DNA of 44,326 nucleotides from an uncultured bacterium (GTDB taxonomy: Bacteria; Hydrothermota; Tepidihabitantia; Tepidihabitantales; Tepidihabitantaceae): NCBI GenBank assembly GCA_964592755.1, contig CAZQFS010000004.1, forward strand, positions 1 through 44,326, given 5' to 3'. The notes below the pieces were generated by a model that had not been told where the DNA came from, searched no databases, and worked only from the letters and a program-made list of their open reading frames with translations. Made by a program: the position numbers and the translations under genes. Of the stretch, positions 8,325 through 16,611 are shown piece after piece. Numbering within the stretch: the stretch's first letter is position 1; every line of letters begins with the position of its first letter.

Positions 8325-9740
8325 TTACTCCCCATTCGTGAGGTGCTTGTGCATGGCGGCCGCGGCGACCCTGCCGTCGCCCATGGCGCTGATTACCGTC
8401 GCCGCTCCGCGAACGATGTCGCCGCCGGCCCAGATTCTCGGCCGGGATGACCTGGCCGTCTCCGGGTCGGTGACAATGCCGCCCTTCTTGTTGATCTCGA
8501 GCCCCGGCGTGGTCAGGGGGATGAGCGGATTGGGGCTGTTGCCAATGGCTATGACCACGGCATCAAAGGGAACGCGGAAGTTGGAGCCTTCGACCGGAAC
8601 CGGCTTGCGCCGGCCCGAGGCATCGGGTTCGCCGAGTTCCATCTTCTGGCACTCAACCTCCTTGACCCAGCCGTTCTCGTCGCCGACCAGGCGCAGCGGC
8701 AACGTCAGGAGGTCGAAGATGACGCCTTCCTCCTCGGCGTTCTCCGCCTCCTCTACCCGGGCGGGCAGCTCGGCCCGGCTGCGGCGGTAGACGAGGTGCA
8801 CTTCTGCCGCGCCCAGGCGAACGGCGGTGCGGGCCGAGTCCATGGCCACGTTGCCGCCACCAACCACGGCCACGCGGCATGGCCTCTTCACCGGCGTCTG
8901 GTATTCGGGGAAGCGGAACCCTTTCATCAGGTTCACGCGCGTGAGGTACTCGTTGGCCGAATAGACGCCGTTCAGGTTCTCGCCCGGTATTCCCATGAAC
9001 CAAGGCAGGCCGGCGCCGGAGCCAACGAAGAGCGCATCGAACTCCTCAAGCAGCTCGTCCACGGTCCTCGTCTTGCCCACAATGAAGTCAGTGATGATGC
9101 TCACGCCAAGACTCTTGACGTACTCCACCTCACGGCGGACGATCGCCTTGGGCAGCCGGAACTCCGGAATCCCGTACGCGAGCACGCCGCCGCATTCGTG
9201 CAGCGCCTCGAAGATGGTCACCTCGTGGCCGCGGATGACGAGGTCGTTGGCCACGGTGATTCCGGAGGGACCGGAACCGACAACGGCAACCTTCTTCCCG
9301 GTCCTGGGAGCCATGTCCGGGACCTCGGTCTTTCCTTCCGCGGCTTCCCAGTCCGCCAGGAATCGCTCGAGCCGGCCGATGGCGACCGACGCGCCCTTCT
9401 TGCCCAGGATGCACATCTTCTCGCACTGCTCTTCCTGGGGGCAGACCCGGCCGCAGATGGCCGGCAGGGCGTTCGTCTCCTTGATTTTCCTCACGCCCGC
9501 GCCGAACTCGCGCGCGACGATAAGCTTGATGAAGCCGGGGATGTCGATGCCGACCGGACAGCCCTGCCGGCACAAGGGCTTCTTGCACTGCAGGCAGCGG
9601 GAGGCCTCGGTCAGGGCCGTCTCGACCGGGTAGCCGAGCGCGACCTCGTCGAAGTTCCGAACCCGCTCCAAAGGGTCCTGCTTCGGCATGTGCTGCCGTT
9701 CGACCTTCGGCGTTGGCTTCTGCTGCCGCTCCTCAACCAT
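8325..9740 (-). CDS. NfnB / SudA / GltD-like NAD(P)H-dependent FAD oxidoreductase, large subunit
   Basis: 471 aa. N-terminal Cys clusters CLQCKKPLCRQGCP and CGRVCPQEEQCEKMC. Dinucleotide fold KKVAVVGSGPSGITVANDL, second fold VAVVGGGNVAMD, C-terminal GGDIVRGAATVI. Confidence 0.9.
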   Translation of the reverse strand: MVEERQQKPTPKVERQHMPKQDPLERVRNFDEVALGYPVETALTEASRCLQCKKPLCRQGCPVGIDIPGFIKLIVAREFGAGVRKIKETNALPAICGRVCPQEEQCEKMCILGKKGASVAIGRLERFLADWEAAEGKTEVPDMAPRTGKKVAVVGSGPSGITVANDLVIRGHEVTIFEALHECGGVLAYGIPEFRLPKAIVRREVEYVKSLGVSIITDFIVGKTRTVDELLEEFDALFVGSGAGLPWFMGIPGENLNGVYSANEYLTRVNLMKGFRFPEYQTPVKRPCRVAVVGGGNVAMDSARTAVRLGAAEVHLVYRRSRAELPARVEEAENAEEEGVIFDLLTLPLRLVGDENGWVKEVECQKMELGEPDASGRRKPVPVEGSNFRVPFDAVVIAIGNSPNPLIPLTTPGLEINKKGGIVTDPETARSSRPRIWAGGDIVRGAATVISAMGDGRVAAAAMHKHLTNGE

Positions 9741-9755
9741 TGCTCGTACTCCGCA

Positions 9756-10589
9756 TCAGAAGTGCGACTGGCAGCTCGACCGGCGCAGCGGGTCGACCTC
9801 CTCGGGATTGTAGCTCCTGCGCCGCGCGAGGAATTCCTGCCAGTCGATCTCGTGCCCGTCGAAATCCGGGCCGTCGACACAGGCGAACTTGGTCTTGCCT
9901 CCGACCGACAGGCGGCAGACGCCGCACATGCCCGTGCCGTCGATCATGATCGGGTTCATGTTGACAATCGTCTTCCAGCCCAGAGGCCTGGTGGCCATGG
10001 AGACGCGCATCATCTGGAACGTGCAGCCGTTGACGACGACAAGCTGGGGCGCGATTCCTGCCCGCTGCACCAGCTCGGGCAGCTTGTCGACGTGCCCTTT
10101 CTGGCCCTTGGTGCCGTCCCGCGTGATGACGAAGAGCTTGTCCGACACGCCGGCCAGCCGGTCTTCCCAGTACAGCAGGAAGGAACTACGCGCCTCCACC
10201 AGCGTGTAGACCTTGTTGCCTGCCTCCTTGAGCGCCCGGGCGATGGGGTAGATGGAGCCGATCCCATAGCATCCGCCGACGCAGAGGACCGTACCGACAT
10301 TCTCGATTACGGTCTCTTTGCCGAGCGGCCCCGCGAACGTCGGAATCTCGTCGCCGGGCTTGAGACGCGCGAGCCGGGCCGTGGACCCGCCGACCTGCAT
10401 GAAGATCATAGTCACCGTGCCGGCCTCGCGGTCCCAATCGGCGACGGAGAGCGGGACACGCTCGCCGTTCTGGTCGGCCCGCACGATGACGAAGTTACCC
10501 GGCTTCACGGACCGCGCCGCCGCCGGTGCGTGCACGGTGAACTCGTGGAGGTTCGGGACGATCATCCGTCGTTCAACGACTCGGTACAC
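9756..10589 (-). CDS. NfnA / SudB-like FAD/NAD(P)-binding 2Fe-2S subunit
   Basis: 277 aa. FNR-like fold (PGNFVIVR, RVPLSV, CVGGCYGIGSIYPIA). C-terminal cluster motif GTGMCGVCRL...FACVDGP. Confidence 0.9.
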   Translation of the reverse strand: MYRVVERRMIVPNLHEFTVHAPAAARSVKPGNFVIVRADQNGERVPLSVADWDREAGTVTMIFMQVGGSTARLARLKPGDEIPTFAGPLGKETVIENVGTVLCVGGCYGIGSIYPIARALKEAGNKVYTLVEARSSFLLYWEDRLAGVSDKLFVITRDGTKGQKGHVDKLPELVQRAGIAPQLVVVNGCTFQMMRVSMATRPLGWKTIVNMNPIMIDGTGMCGVCRLSVGGKTKFACVDGPDFDGHEIDWQEFLARRRSYNPEEVDPLRRSSCQSHF

Positions 10590-10598
10590 GTACTTCCT

Positions 10599-13124
10599 CT
10601 ATGTTCTCCCGACGGGTGACCGTGAGACGTCTGCCCACGTCGGGTTCTGTTCGAGCCGGTACAGCGGCCAAAGTGCGCGGCGGTGCGCGAGCCCGCCGAA
10701 TACGAACGGCCGCGTGTAGTACACGACGCCTTTCGGGCATTCGATGTTCGACTTGGCCGGACCCGAGGCAGTGACCGCTCCATTGTCCAGCGACACGACA
10801 ATCTCATCGCCGTCCGCCAAGCCGAGGGCAGCAATGTCCTCGGGATTCATCCGGAATCCCTCTTCCAGGGCCAGCTCGGCGAGTCCTCCTACCTTCGACG
10901 AGATGTCAATGCCGCGGTGGCGGTAGCCGGCTGGCTCAGCCACCAGCAGGAAGTCGCCCTTGCCCTGGGCCGTGGTTTTGGATTCTGGATTTGGGATTTG
11001 GGATCTTGCAGCATGCGGCCTCATCCGTCGCGGCATCCGGTCAGGCCGGACCGGGAAATCGCTCACCGCCCGGTGGATATCCTCGGCGACATCCTCTCGC
11101 GTTCGATAGTCCATTCCCGAATGCTGCAGAGCTTTGGCCAGGTCAGAGAAGATCCGCCAGTCAGGGCGCATGAACCCGGCCACAACCCCTTCCGTCGGGC
11201 TCTCGATTGGGACGATCTCCTGTACCCGGCCCTCCATGTTGACGAGAGTTCCGCCGGCCTCGGCAAAGGAGGCCGCCGGCAGGAAGGCGTCGACCCTGAA
11301 AGGAGGGAGGTAGGTATCCTGGACGACTAGGAAATCGCAGTCCGGCCGATCAAGGAAAGGAACGTCGCCGACAAGGTGCAGCACCTTCGGCCGCTTCGCA
11401 CTGCCCGCGATGCCCGCGAGGCCGAGGCCTGCTCCCTTCCGGGGCGCACCGCCCGGGCCCGCTTCCGGGAAGACCCCCATCTCCAGCGCCCCTCGAGTGT
11501 TGGCGCCGAAGTACAAGGGGACTAAATTCGTGTCCGAACGGGCGGAGAGAGTCGCCAGGCTGGCGGCGAGCTCGTCGGTACTGGCGCAGTGGAAGACCTG
11601 CGGCCCGACAATCACCGTCAGGGACTTGGACGAGGAGATGATATCGCGCACCCGGGTCAGGGCTTCCACATCCACCGAGGCATGCTTCGCCACCAGTGAC
11701 GTATCGGACGGGCGACCGGCGAGGCTGTCGGCGAGGAAGCCGAGCAGCAGCGCCTCCGTGCCCGGCACGGGACGAAGCCAGTCGTCGGTATAACGGGCCA
11801 GATTGCTGTCGCGGGCATCGATGGTCACCAACCTGGCTCCCCGGTCGAGCGCCTTGCGCACCTTCGTGCCCACCACCGAGAAGTTGAAGCGGCTATCGAG
11901 CCCGACAGCCAGAATCACGTCGGCCCGGGCGATTCCGTTGATCGAAATGGGCACCGAGAAGAGCTCTGACCACAAGCCCAGTCCTCCCGCAAGTTCCATC
12001 CGCGCGGTTGAGTCGATGCCGTCCGAGCCGAGGCATTCCCGGACGAACTTCTGCGCCGCGAAGAGGCTTTCGTTCGTGAGGTCCGGCGAGACGAGCATCA
12101 GGAACTCCTCGGGGCGAATCCCCTTCAGCTCGCCGGCCACTTTCTCCAGGACCTCCTCCCACGAGACCTGCCGGAAATAGTCGCCCTTCTGGAGCATCGG
12201 CCACTTCGCCCGTTCGAAGTGGTGAGTCACTTCCGGCAGACAGAATCTGCCCTTGACGCACAACTGCCCGTCGTTGACCTCCGGGTCCAAGTTAGCCCTG
12301 GCCTTGGACAATCGGCCGTCTTTGTGGTCCAGCTCGAGCTGGCAGCCGACCGGGCAGAACGGGCATGTCGATGTGCGCGAGCCGTCCGGCTTGCCGTCCC
12401 ACTTTGATGCCTTGTCGGCCAGGGCGCCGGTCGGACAGACATCCACGCAGGCGCCGCAGAACTCGCAACCGGCTCCGATGTGGCTGCGACCGAAGGCCGG
12501 GCTGACCTTGGCTCGCGGCCCGCGATAGCTGAAGGCCAGCACGCCGGTCCCCCGGACTTCCTGACACATCCGCACGCACCGGCCGCAGAGGATGCAGATG
12601 TTGTAGTCACGGTCGTAGAAGGGGTCGTCGTGCTCGGGTTCGTAGCCGTGGTAGTAAATCGGGTAGTCGATCTCGGTCAGGCCGATCTTCTCCACCAGGG
12701 TCTGCAGCTCGCACTGGCCGTCATTCGGGCAGAAACGGCAGCCGGTCGTCACGCCGGTCTTGCGAATCGTCCCCTGATAGTCCCGGCACTCGTCCTTCTC
12801 GCCACAGACGAGGCAGCTCGACGGATGCTCGCTCAAGATGAGCTTCAGGATCTCGGCCCGCAGTTCCCTGAGCGTCGCCGTGTCGGTCAGTACCTTCATC
12901 CCTTCCCGGGCGACCGTGCTGCATGAAAGGGGGTAGCCGCGCATCCCTTCAATCTCCACCATGCACAGCCGGCAGCCGCCGAAGGGAGAGAGGTCCTTGT
13001 GGGAACAAAGGGAAGGAATGTAGACCCCGGCGAGCTCGGCGGCGCGGTGGACGGTCACGCCCTCGGGGAAGGACACGTTCCGGTGGTTCACTTCCATTGT
13101 CAGCGTGCGTGGCTCTTGAACCAT
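10599..13124 (-). CDS. NuoG/HydA-N-terminus-like multi-FeS subunit with a cofactor-less (vestigial) molybdopterin-oxidoreductase domain
   Basis: 841 aa. 2Fe-2S site (C40, C51, C54, C68). HPSSCLVCGEKDEC plus a second CRFCPNDGQCELQ. CILCGRCVRMC, CEFCGACVDVCP, MopB cluster CPFCPVGC...LCVKGR. At the position of the formate-dehydrogenase ARV(U/C)H active site the protein reads ARMEL. Confidence 0.85.
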   Translation of the reverse strand: MVQEPRTLTMEVNHRNVSFPEGVTVHRAAELAGVYIPSLCSHKDLSPFGGCRLCMVEIEGMRGYPLSCSTVAREGMKVLTDTATLRELRAEILKLILSEHPSSCLVCGEKDECRDYQGTIRKTGVTTGCRFCPNDGQCELQTLVEKIGLTEIDYPIYYHGYEPEHDDPFYDRDYNICILCGRCVRMCQEVRGTGVLAFSYRGPRAKVSPAFGRSHIGAGCEFCGACVDVCPTGALADKASKWDGKPDGSRTSTCPFCPVGCQLELDHKDGRLSKARANLDPEVNDGQLCVKGRFCLPEVTHHFERAKWPMLQKGDYFRQVSWEEVLEKVAGELKGIRPEEFLMLVSPDLTNESLFAAQKFVRECLGSDGIDSTARMELAGGLGLWSELFSVPISINGIARADVILAVGLDSRFNFSVVGTKVRKALDRGARLVTIDARDSNLARYTDDWLRPVPGTEALLLGFLADSLAGRPSDTSLVAKHASVDVEALTRVRDIISSSKSLTVIVGPQVFHCASTDELAASLATLSARSDTNLVPLYFGANTRGALEMGVFPEAGPGGAPRKGAGLGLAGIAGSAKRPKVLHLVGDVPFLDRPDCDFLVVQDTYLPPFRVDAFLPAASFAEAGGTLVNMEGRVQEIVPIESPTEGVVAGFMRPDWRIFSDLAKALQHSGMDYRTREDVAEDIHRAVSDFPVRPDRMPRRMRPHAARSQIPNPESKTTAQGKGDFLLVAEPAGYRHRGIDISSKVGGLAELALEEGFRMNPEDIAALGLADGDEIVVSLDNGAVTASGPAKSNIECPKGVVYYTRPFVFGGLAHRRALWPLYRLEQNPTWADVSRSPVGRT
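10974..11008. repeat. Imperfect heptanucleotide tandem repeat x5 inside the NuoG-like CDS
   Basis: GGTTTTG GATTCTG GATTTGG GATTTGG GATCTTG on the plus strand. It encodes ...RSQIPNPESKT... on the minus strand. Locally AT-rich compared with its flanks. Confidence 0.7.
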
Positions 13125-13127
13125 GGC

Positions 13128-14999
13128 TTATGACTCGATGATAATGGCGTCTCCGGCGATGGCGTCGAAACGACAGACCTCATAGCAGGAGCGGCACTTG
13201 ATGCACTTGGATTGGTCGAGGTTGTGCGGCTCGGACCTAGGACCGGTGATGGCGCCGGTCGGGCACACCTTCACGCAGCGCTGGCAGCCTGTACATTTCG
13301 AGGGGACGACTCGATACACGACGAGGTTCTTGCAGGTCACGGCCGGACAGCGTTTGTCCTTGACATGAGAGATGAACTCGGGCCGGAAGTACTTGAGAGC
13401 GGAAAGCGCGGGGTTGGGGGCGGTGGTGCCCAAGCCGCAGAGCGACCCGTTCTTGACCGTCCGGCCGAGCTTCTCCAGCTTGTCCAGATCCGAGAAGTCG
13501 GCCTTGCCGTCGCATATCCGCTCGAGTATCTCCACCATGTGCCGCGTCCCGACGCGACAGGGAACGCACTTACCACACGACTCCCGTTGAGTGAAAGTCA
13601 GGAAGTACTTGGCCATGTCGACGATGCAGGTGCTGGAATCGACCACGATGAGGCCCCCGGAGCCCATGATCGCCCCGGCCTCGGCCAAGTGCTCATAGTC
13701 GATGGGCAGATCCAGGAACTCCTCCGAAAGGCACCCTCCGGAGGGCCCTCCGCTCTGGACCGCCTTGAACGGCTTCTGAGTTCCGCCGCCGATATCGTAG
13801 ATGACTTCCCGAAGGGTAGTGCCGAGCGGGACCTCGATCAACCCTGTCCGCCTGACTTTGCCGACAAGGGAGAAAGTCTTGGTCCCTCTGCTCGTTTCGG
13901 TCCCGTAACCGGCGTACCACTCCGCCCCGTTACGGAGGATGTTGGGCAGCGTGCCGAGCGTCTCGGTGTTGTTGATGATGGTGGGTCTGCCCCGGAGCCC
14001 GGAGACGGCGGGAAAGGGCGGACGCGAGCGGGGCATGCCGCGTTTCCCTTCAATCGAGGCGATGAGCGCGGTCTCCTCGCCGCACACGAATGCCCCGGCG
14101 CCTTCTTTGATCTTGATGTCGAAGCTGAAATTGGACCCAAGGATATTCTGACCGAGGAGGCCGACCTCGCGCATCTGGGCCATCGCCTTTCGGAGTCGCT
14201 TGATTGCCAGGGGATACTCCGCCCGAATGTAGACGTACCCGTGAGCGGCGCCGATGGCGTAGGCCGCGATGAGCATCCCTTCCAGGACGGCATGGGGGTC
14301 GCCCTCGATGAGGGAGCGATTCATGAATGCGCCCGGGTCACCTTCGTCGGCGTTGCAGATGAGACAGCGCTCGCCGTTCTGCTGGTCGCGGCAGGTGGCC
14401 CACTTCCGCCAGGTCGGGAAACCGGCCCCCCCGCGTCCGCGAATGCCGGCCCGTTTGACCGTATCCAGCACCTCCTGCCAGGTCATGGACAGGCACTTCT
14501 CGAACCCCCGGTAGCCGTCCCTCGCCAGGTAGTGGTCGAGGTCGTCCGGGTCAATGAGGCCGCAGTTCCGGAGCACAATCCTGACTTGCGGTTTCAGCAT
14601 CGGCAGGTCGAAGAAGCGGGGGACTCCATCAAGCTCGCCCTCCCCGAAGTGTCCGGCGAGGTGATACTTCGGTATCTCGCCCACCTCGAAGAACCCCTTG
14701 AGGATTGGCACCACGTCCTTCGCCGCGACGTTGGAGTAACTGATTCGCGGCCGGCCCGGCATCTGGACGTCCATCAGGGGCTCCAGATAGCAGGGGCCGA
14801 TGCACCCGACCGGGACAATCCTGGCGTCGAGCTGGTGCTGCTTCAGGTACTCCTCGACGGCGCTCTGCGTGTCCGCCGCGCCAGCGGCCAGCCCGCACGA
14901 CCCGGCGCCGATGTAGATGAACGGGACAGGGCTCTCGCGGAGAGCGTCCCACCTGGCCTGCGCCTGCCGGCGGCGCCCGTCAATCGCTGCGGTCTTCAT
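13128..14999 (-). CDS. NuoF/HydB-like NADH- and FMN-binding subunit with N-terminal thioredoxin-like domain and C-terminal 2x[4Fe-4S] ferredoxin
   Basis: 623 aa. GRGGAGFPTWRKW, EGDPGAF, N3 cluster ESCGKCVPCRVGT...C. C-terminal CTGCQRCVKVCP and CIKCRSCYEVC. Confidence 0.92.
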   Translation of the reverse strand: MKTAAIDGRRRQAQARWDALRESPVPFIYIGAGSCGLAAGAADTQSAVEEYLKQHQLDARIVPVGCIGPCYLEPLMDVQMPGRPRISYSNVAAKDVVPILKGFFEVGEIPKYHLAGHFGEGELDGVPRFFDLPMLKPQVRIVLRNCGLIDPDDLDHYLARDGYRGFEKCLSMTWQEVLDTVKRAGIRGRGGAGFPTWRKWATCRDQQNGERCLICNADEGDPGAFMNRSLIEGDPHAVLEGMLIAAYAIGAAHGYVYIRAEYPLAIKRLRKAMAQMREVGLLGQNILGSNFSFDIKIKEGAGAFVCGEETALIASIEGKRGMPRSRPPFPAVSGLRGRPTIINNTETLGTLPNILRNGAEWYAGYGTETSRGTKTFSLVGKVRRTGLIEVPLGTTLREVIYDIGGGTQKPFKAVQSGGPSGGCLSEEFLDLPIDYEHLAEAGAIMGSGGLIVVDSSTCIVDMAKYFLTFTQRESCGKCVPCRVGTRHMVEILERICDGKADFSDLDKLEKLGRTVKNGSLCGLGTTAPNPALSALKYFRPEFISHVKDKRCPAVTCKNLVVYRVVPSKCTGCQRCVKVCPTGAITGPRSEPHNLDQSKCIKCRSCYEVCRFDAIAGDAIIIES

Positions 15000-15441
15000 C
15001 GAGTAGCTGTTGGACCTTCAGGACCGACATCTGGCTGTGGAACTTGTCGTCGAAGGCGACCACGGGAGCCAGGGCACAGCAGCCCAGACAGGCAACACGT
15101 TCGAGGTCGTACTTCCCGTCGGCGGTCGTCTCGCCGGTCTTTATGTTCAGGCGCGCTTGAGTCATGGCGAGAATCTCCTCCCCGCCCTTCACGTGGCAGG
15201 CGGTGCCGAGACAGACCTTGACATGGTGTCGACCCGGAGGGTGGAACCGGAACTGGGCATAGAAGGTCGCGACCCCGAAGATCTCATTCTCGGATATCTT
15301 CATCCATCGGGAGATGCCACGAATGGCATCCGGACGCAGGTAGCCGTCCTGGGCCTGCAATCGCTGCAGAACGGGGATAAGATCCTCTCGCTCGCCCTTG
15401 AATTCCTGCCGAATCGCCGAAATGCCGTCGCCAGAAGTCAA
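14980..15441 (-). CDS. NuoE/HydC-like 2Fe-2S subunit
   Basis: 153 aa. VCLGTACHVKG ... CLGCCALAPVV (Cx4C...Cx3C). Overlaps the NuoF-like start by 20 nt. Confidence 0.9.
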   Translation of the reverse strand: MTSGDGISAIRQEFKGEREDLIPVLQRLQAQDGYLRPDAIRGISRWMKISENEIFGVATFYAQFRFHPPGRHHVKVCLGTACHVKGGEEILAMTQARLNIKTGETTADGKYDLERVACLGCCALAPVVAFDDKFHSQMSVLKVQQLLDEDRSD

Positions 15442-15489
15442 GTGGCTTCCCTTGTCGGGTCTCAGGACAAGAGATTACTGCGGGCTAGA

Positions 15490-15816
15490 TCATCCGATCT
15501 TGAGATCGCAGAGTCTCTTGGCCAGGCTCCAAGTGTCGCCGTCGTAGCCAAGCAGTCTTATTCCGGCTTTGCTGGCCAGTGCAACCACGTCGGCGGCGGG
15601 GACCCTGTTGCGGGAGAACACCACCGCCGCCACGTCGACGAGATTGGCGGCGGCGATCAGGTTCTTGTGGGTTTGCAGGGTTATCAGCAAATGCCCCTCT
15701 TTGATGCCGACGATGTCGCTCACCATGTCGGAGATGTAGACTCCCATGATCTCTTTGTCGGCGCCCTCGTTGAAGGTCCTGAGGCCCGTCTTATTGACCA
15801 GTTCGGATACTTTCAT
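15490..15816 (-). CDS. DRTGG-domain protein (second copy)
   Basis: I used the internal ATG at 15816 (MKVSELVNKTG...). The 119 upstream codons of the track ORF overlap the preceding gene and are Arg-rich junk. HLLITLQTHKNLIAAANLVDVAAVVFSRNRVPAADVVALASKAGIRLL parallels the protein at 7978-8322. Confidence 0.7.
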   Translation of the reverse strand: MKVSELVNKTGLRTFNEGADKEIMGVYISDMVSDIVGIKEGHLLITLQTHKNLIAAANLVDVAAVVFSRNRVPAADVVALASKAGIRLLGYDGDTWSLAKRLCDLKIG

Positions 15817-15842
15817 CGCGTCCCTTTCTTCTTTGACAGCTC

Positions 15843-16373
15843 TCAATACAGATCCGTCAAACCGAAGTCCGCCAGCACGATTCCCTGACACGTATCGACG
15901 GACTTGCGCAAGCGGCAGGGAACGACGACGATCTTCTTGGCCGGATCCTTTGTCCCGTGACTGAAATACTCGTTCAACGCGCGGAGGCTCTCGGCGGGAA
16001 TGCACCCATCGGGGGAATGAGAGGTGTTCGCGCACAGGGCCACATACGCCCAGGTCTTCTGACCCGGTCCGTTCGTTCCGGCGGCATAGACGCCGCAGTT
16101 CGGATCGCACTGCGTGCAGAGCATAAGAGCCATGACTTCCTTCAGGGGGATCTCGGCGGAGCACTTCTCGCATTTCAGGTCGAACTGCGAGGCCTGGTAG
16201 TGCGCCAGGTGGCTCCAGAAATGCTCTCCCTCGTGGTAGTCGTCAATCGGCGCGACCGCCTCCTGTGAAAAGAAGGAAATCCTGTTCCGGCAGTGAAAAC
16301 AGCCTTCGATGACCAGATATCCCGGGCGAATATTGGCCATGGCCCATTGGTGATGACAAGCGGCTTTGCTCAT
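15843..16373 (-). CDS. Cys/His-rich hypothetical protein (12 Cys; zinc-ribbon-like CxxC pairs), first gene of the redox operon
   Basis: 176 aa. CFHC...CEKC, CTQCDPNC and further single Cys, with many His. GGGAG lies 6 nt upstream of the ATG. A locally AT-rich stretch (about 16386-16425) upstream is promoter-like. Confidence 0.65.
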   Translation of the reverse strand: MSKAACHHQWAMANIRPGYLVIEGCFHCRNRISFFSQEAVAPIDDYHEGEHFWSHLAHYQASQFDLKCEKCSAEIPLKEVMALMLCTQCDPNCGVYAAGTNGPGQKTWAYVALCANTSHSPDGCIPAESLRALNEYFSHGTKDPAKKIVVVPCRLRKSVDTCQGIVLADFGLTDLY

Positions 16374-16611
16374 AGGTACTCCCGCGTCTGGTCTAAGAAA
16401 AGCACCATATCATAGGGATTCTAGTAGCCGCGGGATGGCGTGTCAAATGGACGGGCCGTGCGCCCCACCGGACAGGCCAAGTCGAGGGTCGTGTCCGGCA
16501 GCAACGCAATACGCCGGGAGTAGCGATGCAGGCGCACCCGGAACGCTCGGCAATCAGGGGTGCTCGCGACTCGTTGCTTGACGCGGCGGTGTGCTGCGGG
16601 CACAATTGGGC

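Noticed and set aside
8796-10619. 607-aa plus-strand ORF
   Set aside because: It is entirely antisense to the well-supported NfnB-like and NfnA-like genes. The product is Arg/Ala/Gly/His/Pro-rich with no motifs. This is a typical shadow ORF of GC-rich DNA.
10599-13124. Calling the 841-aa protein a formate dehydrogenase alpha subunit
   Set aside because: The domain order fits. However, the Sec/Cys-His catalytic dyad position reads Glu-Leu (ARMEL) and nearby MGD-contact motifs are degenerate. I call it a NuoG-like scaffold instead.
13212-15221. 669-aa plus-strand ORF
   Set aside because: It is antisense to the NuoF-like and NuoE-like genes, whose cofactor motifs are unambiguous. The composition is low-complexity R/G/P/A.
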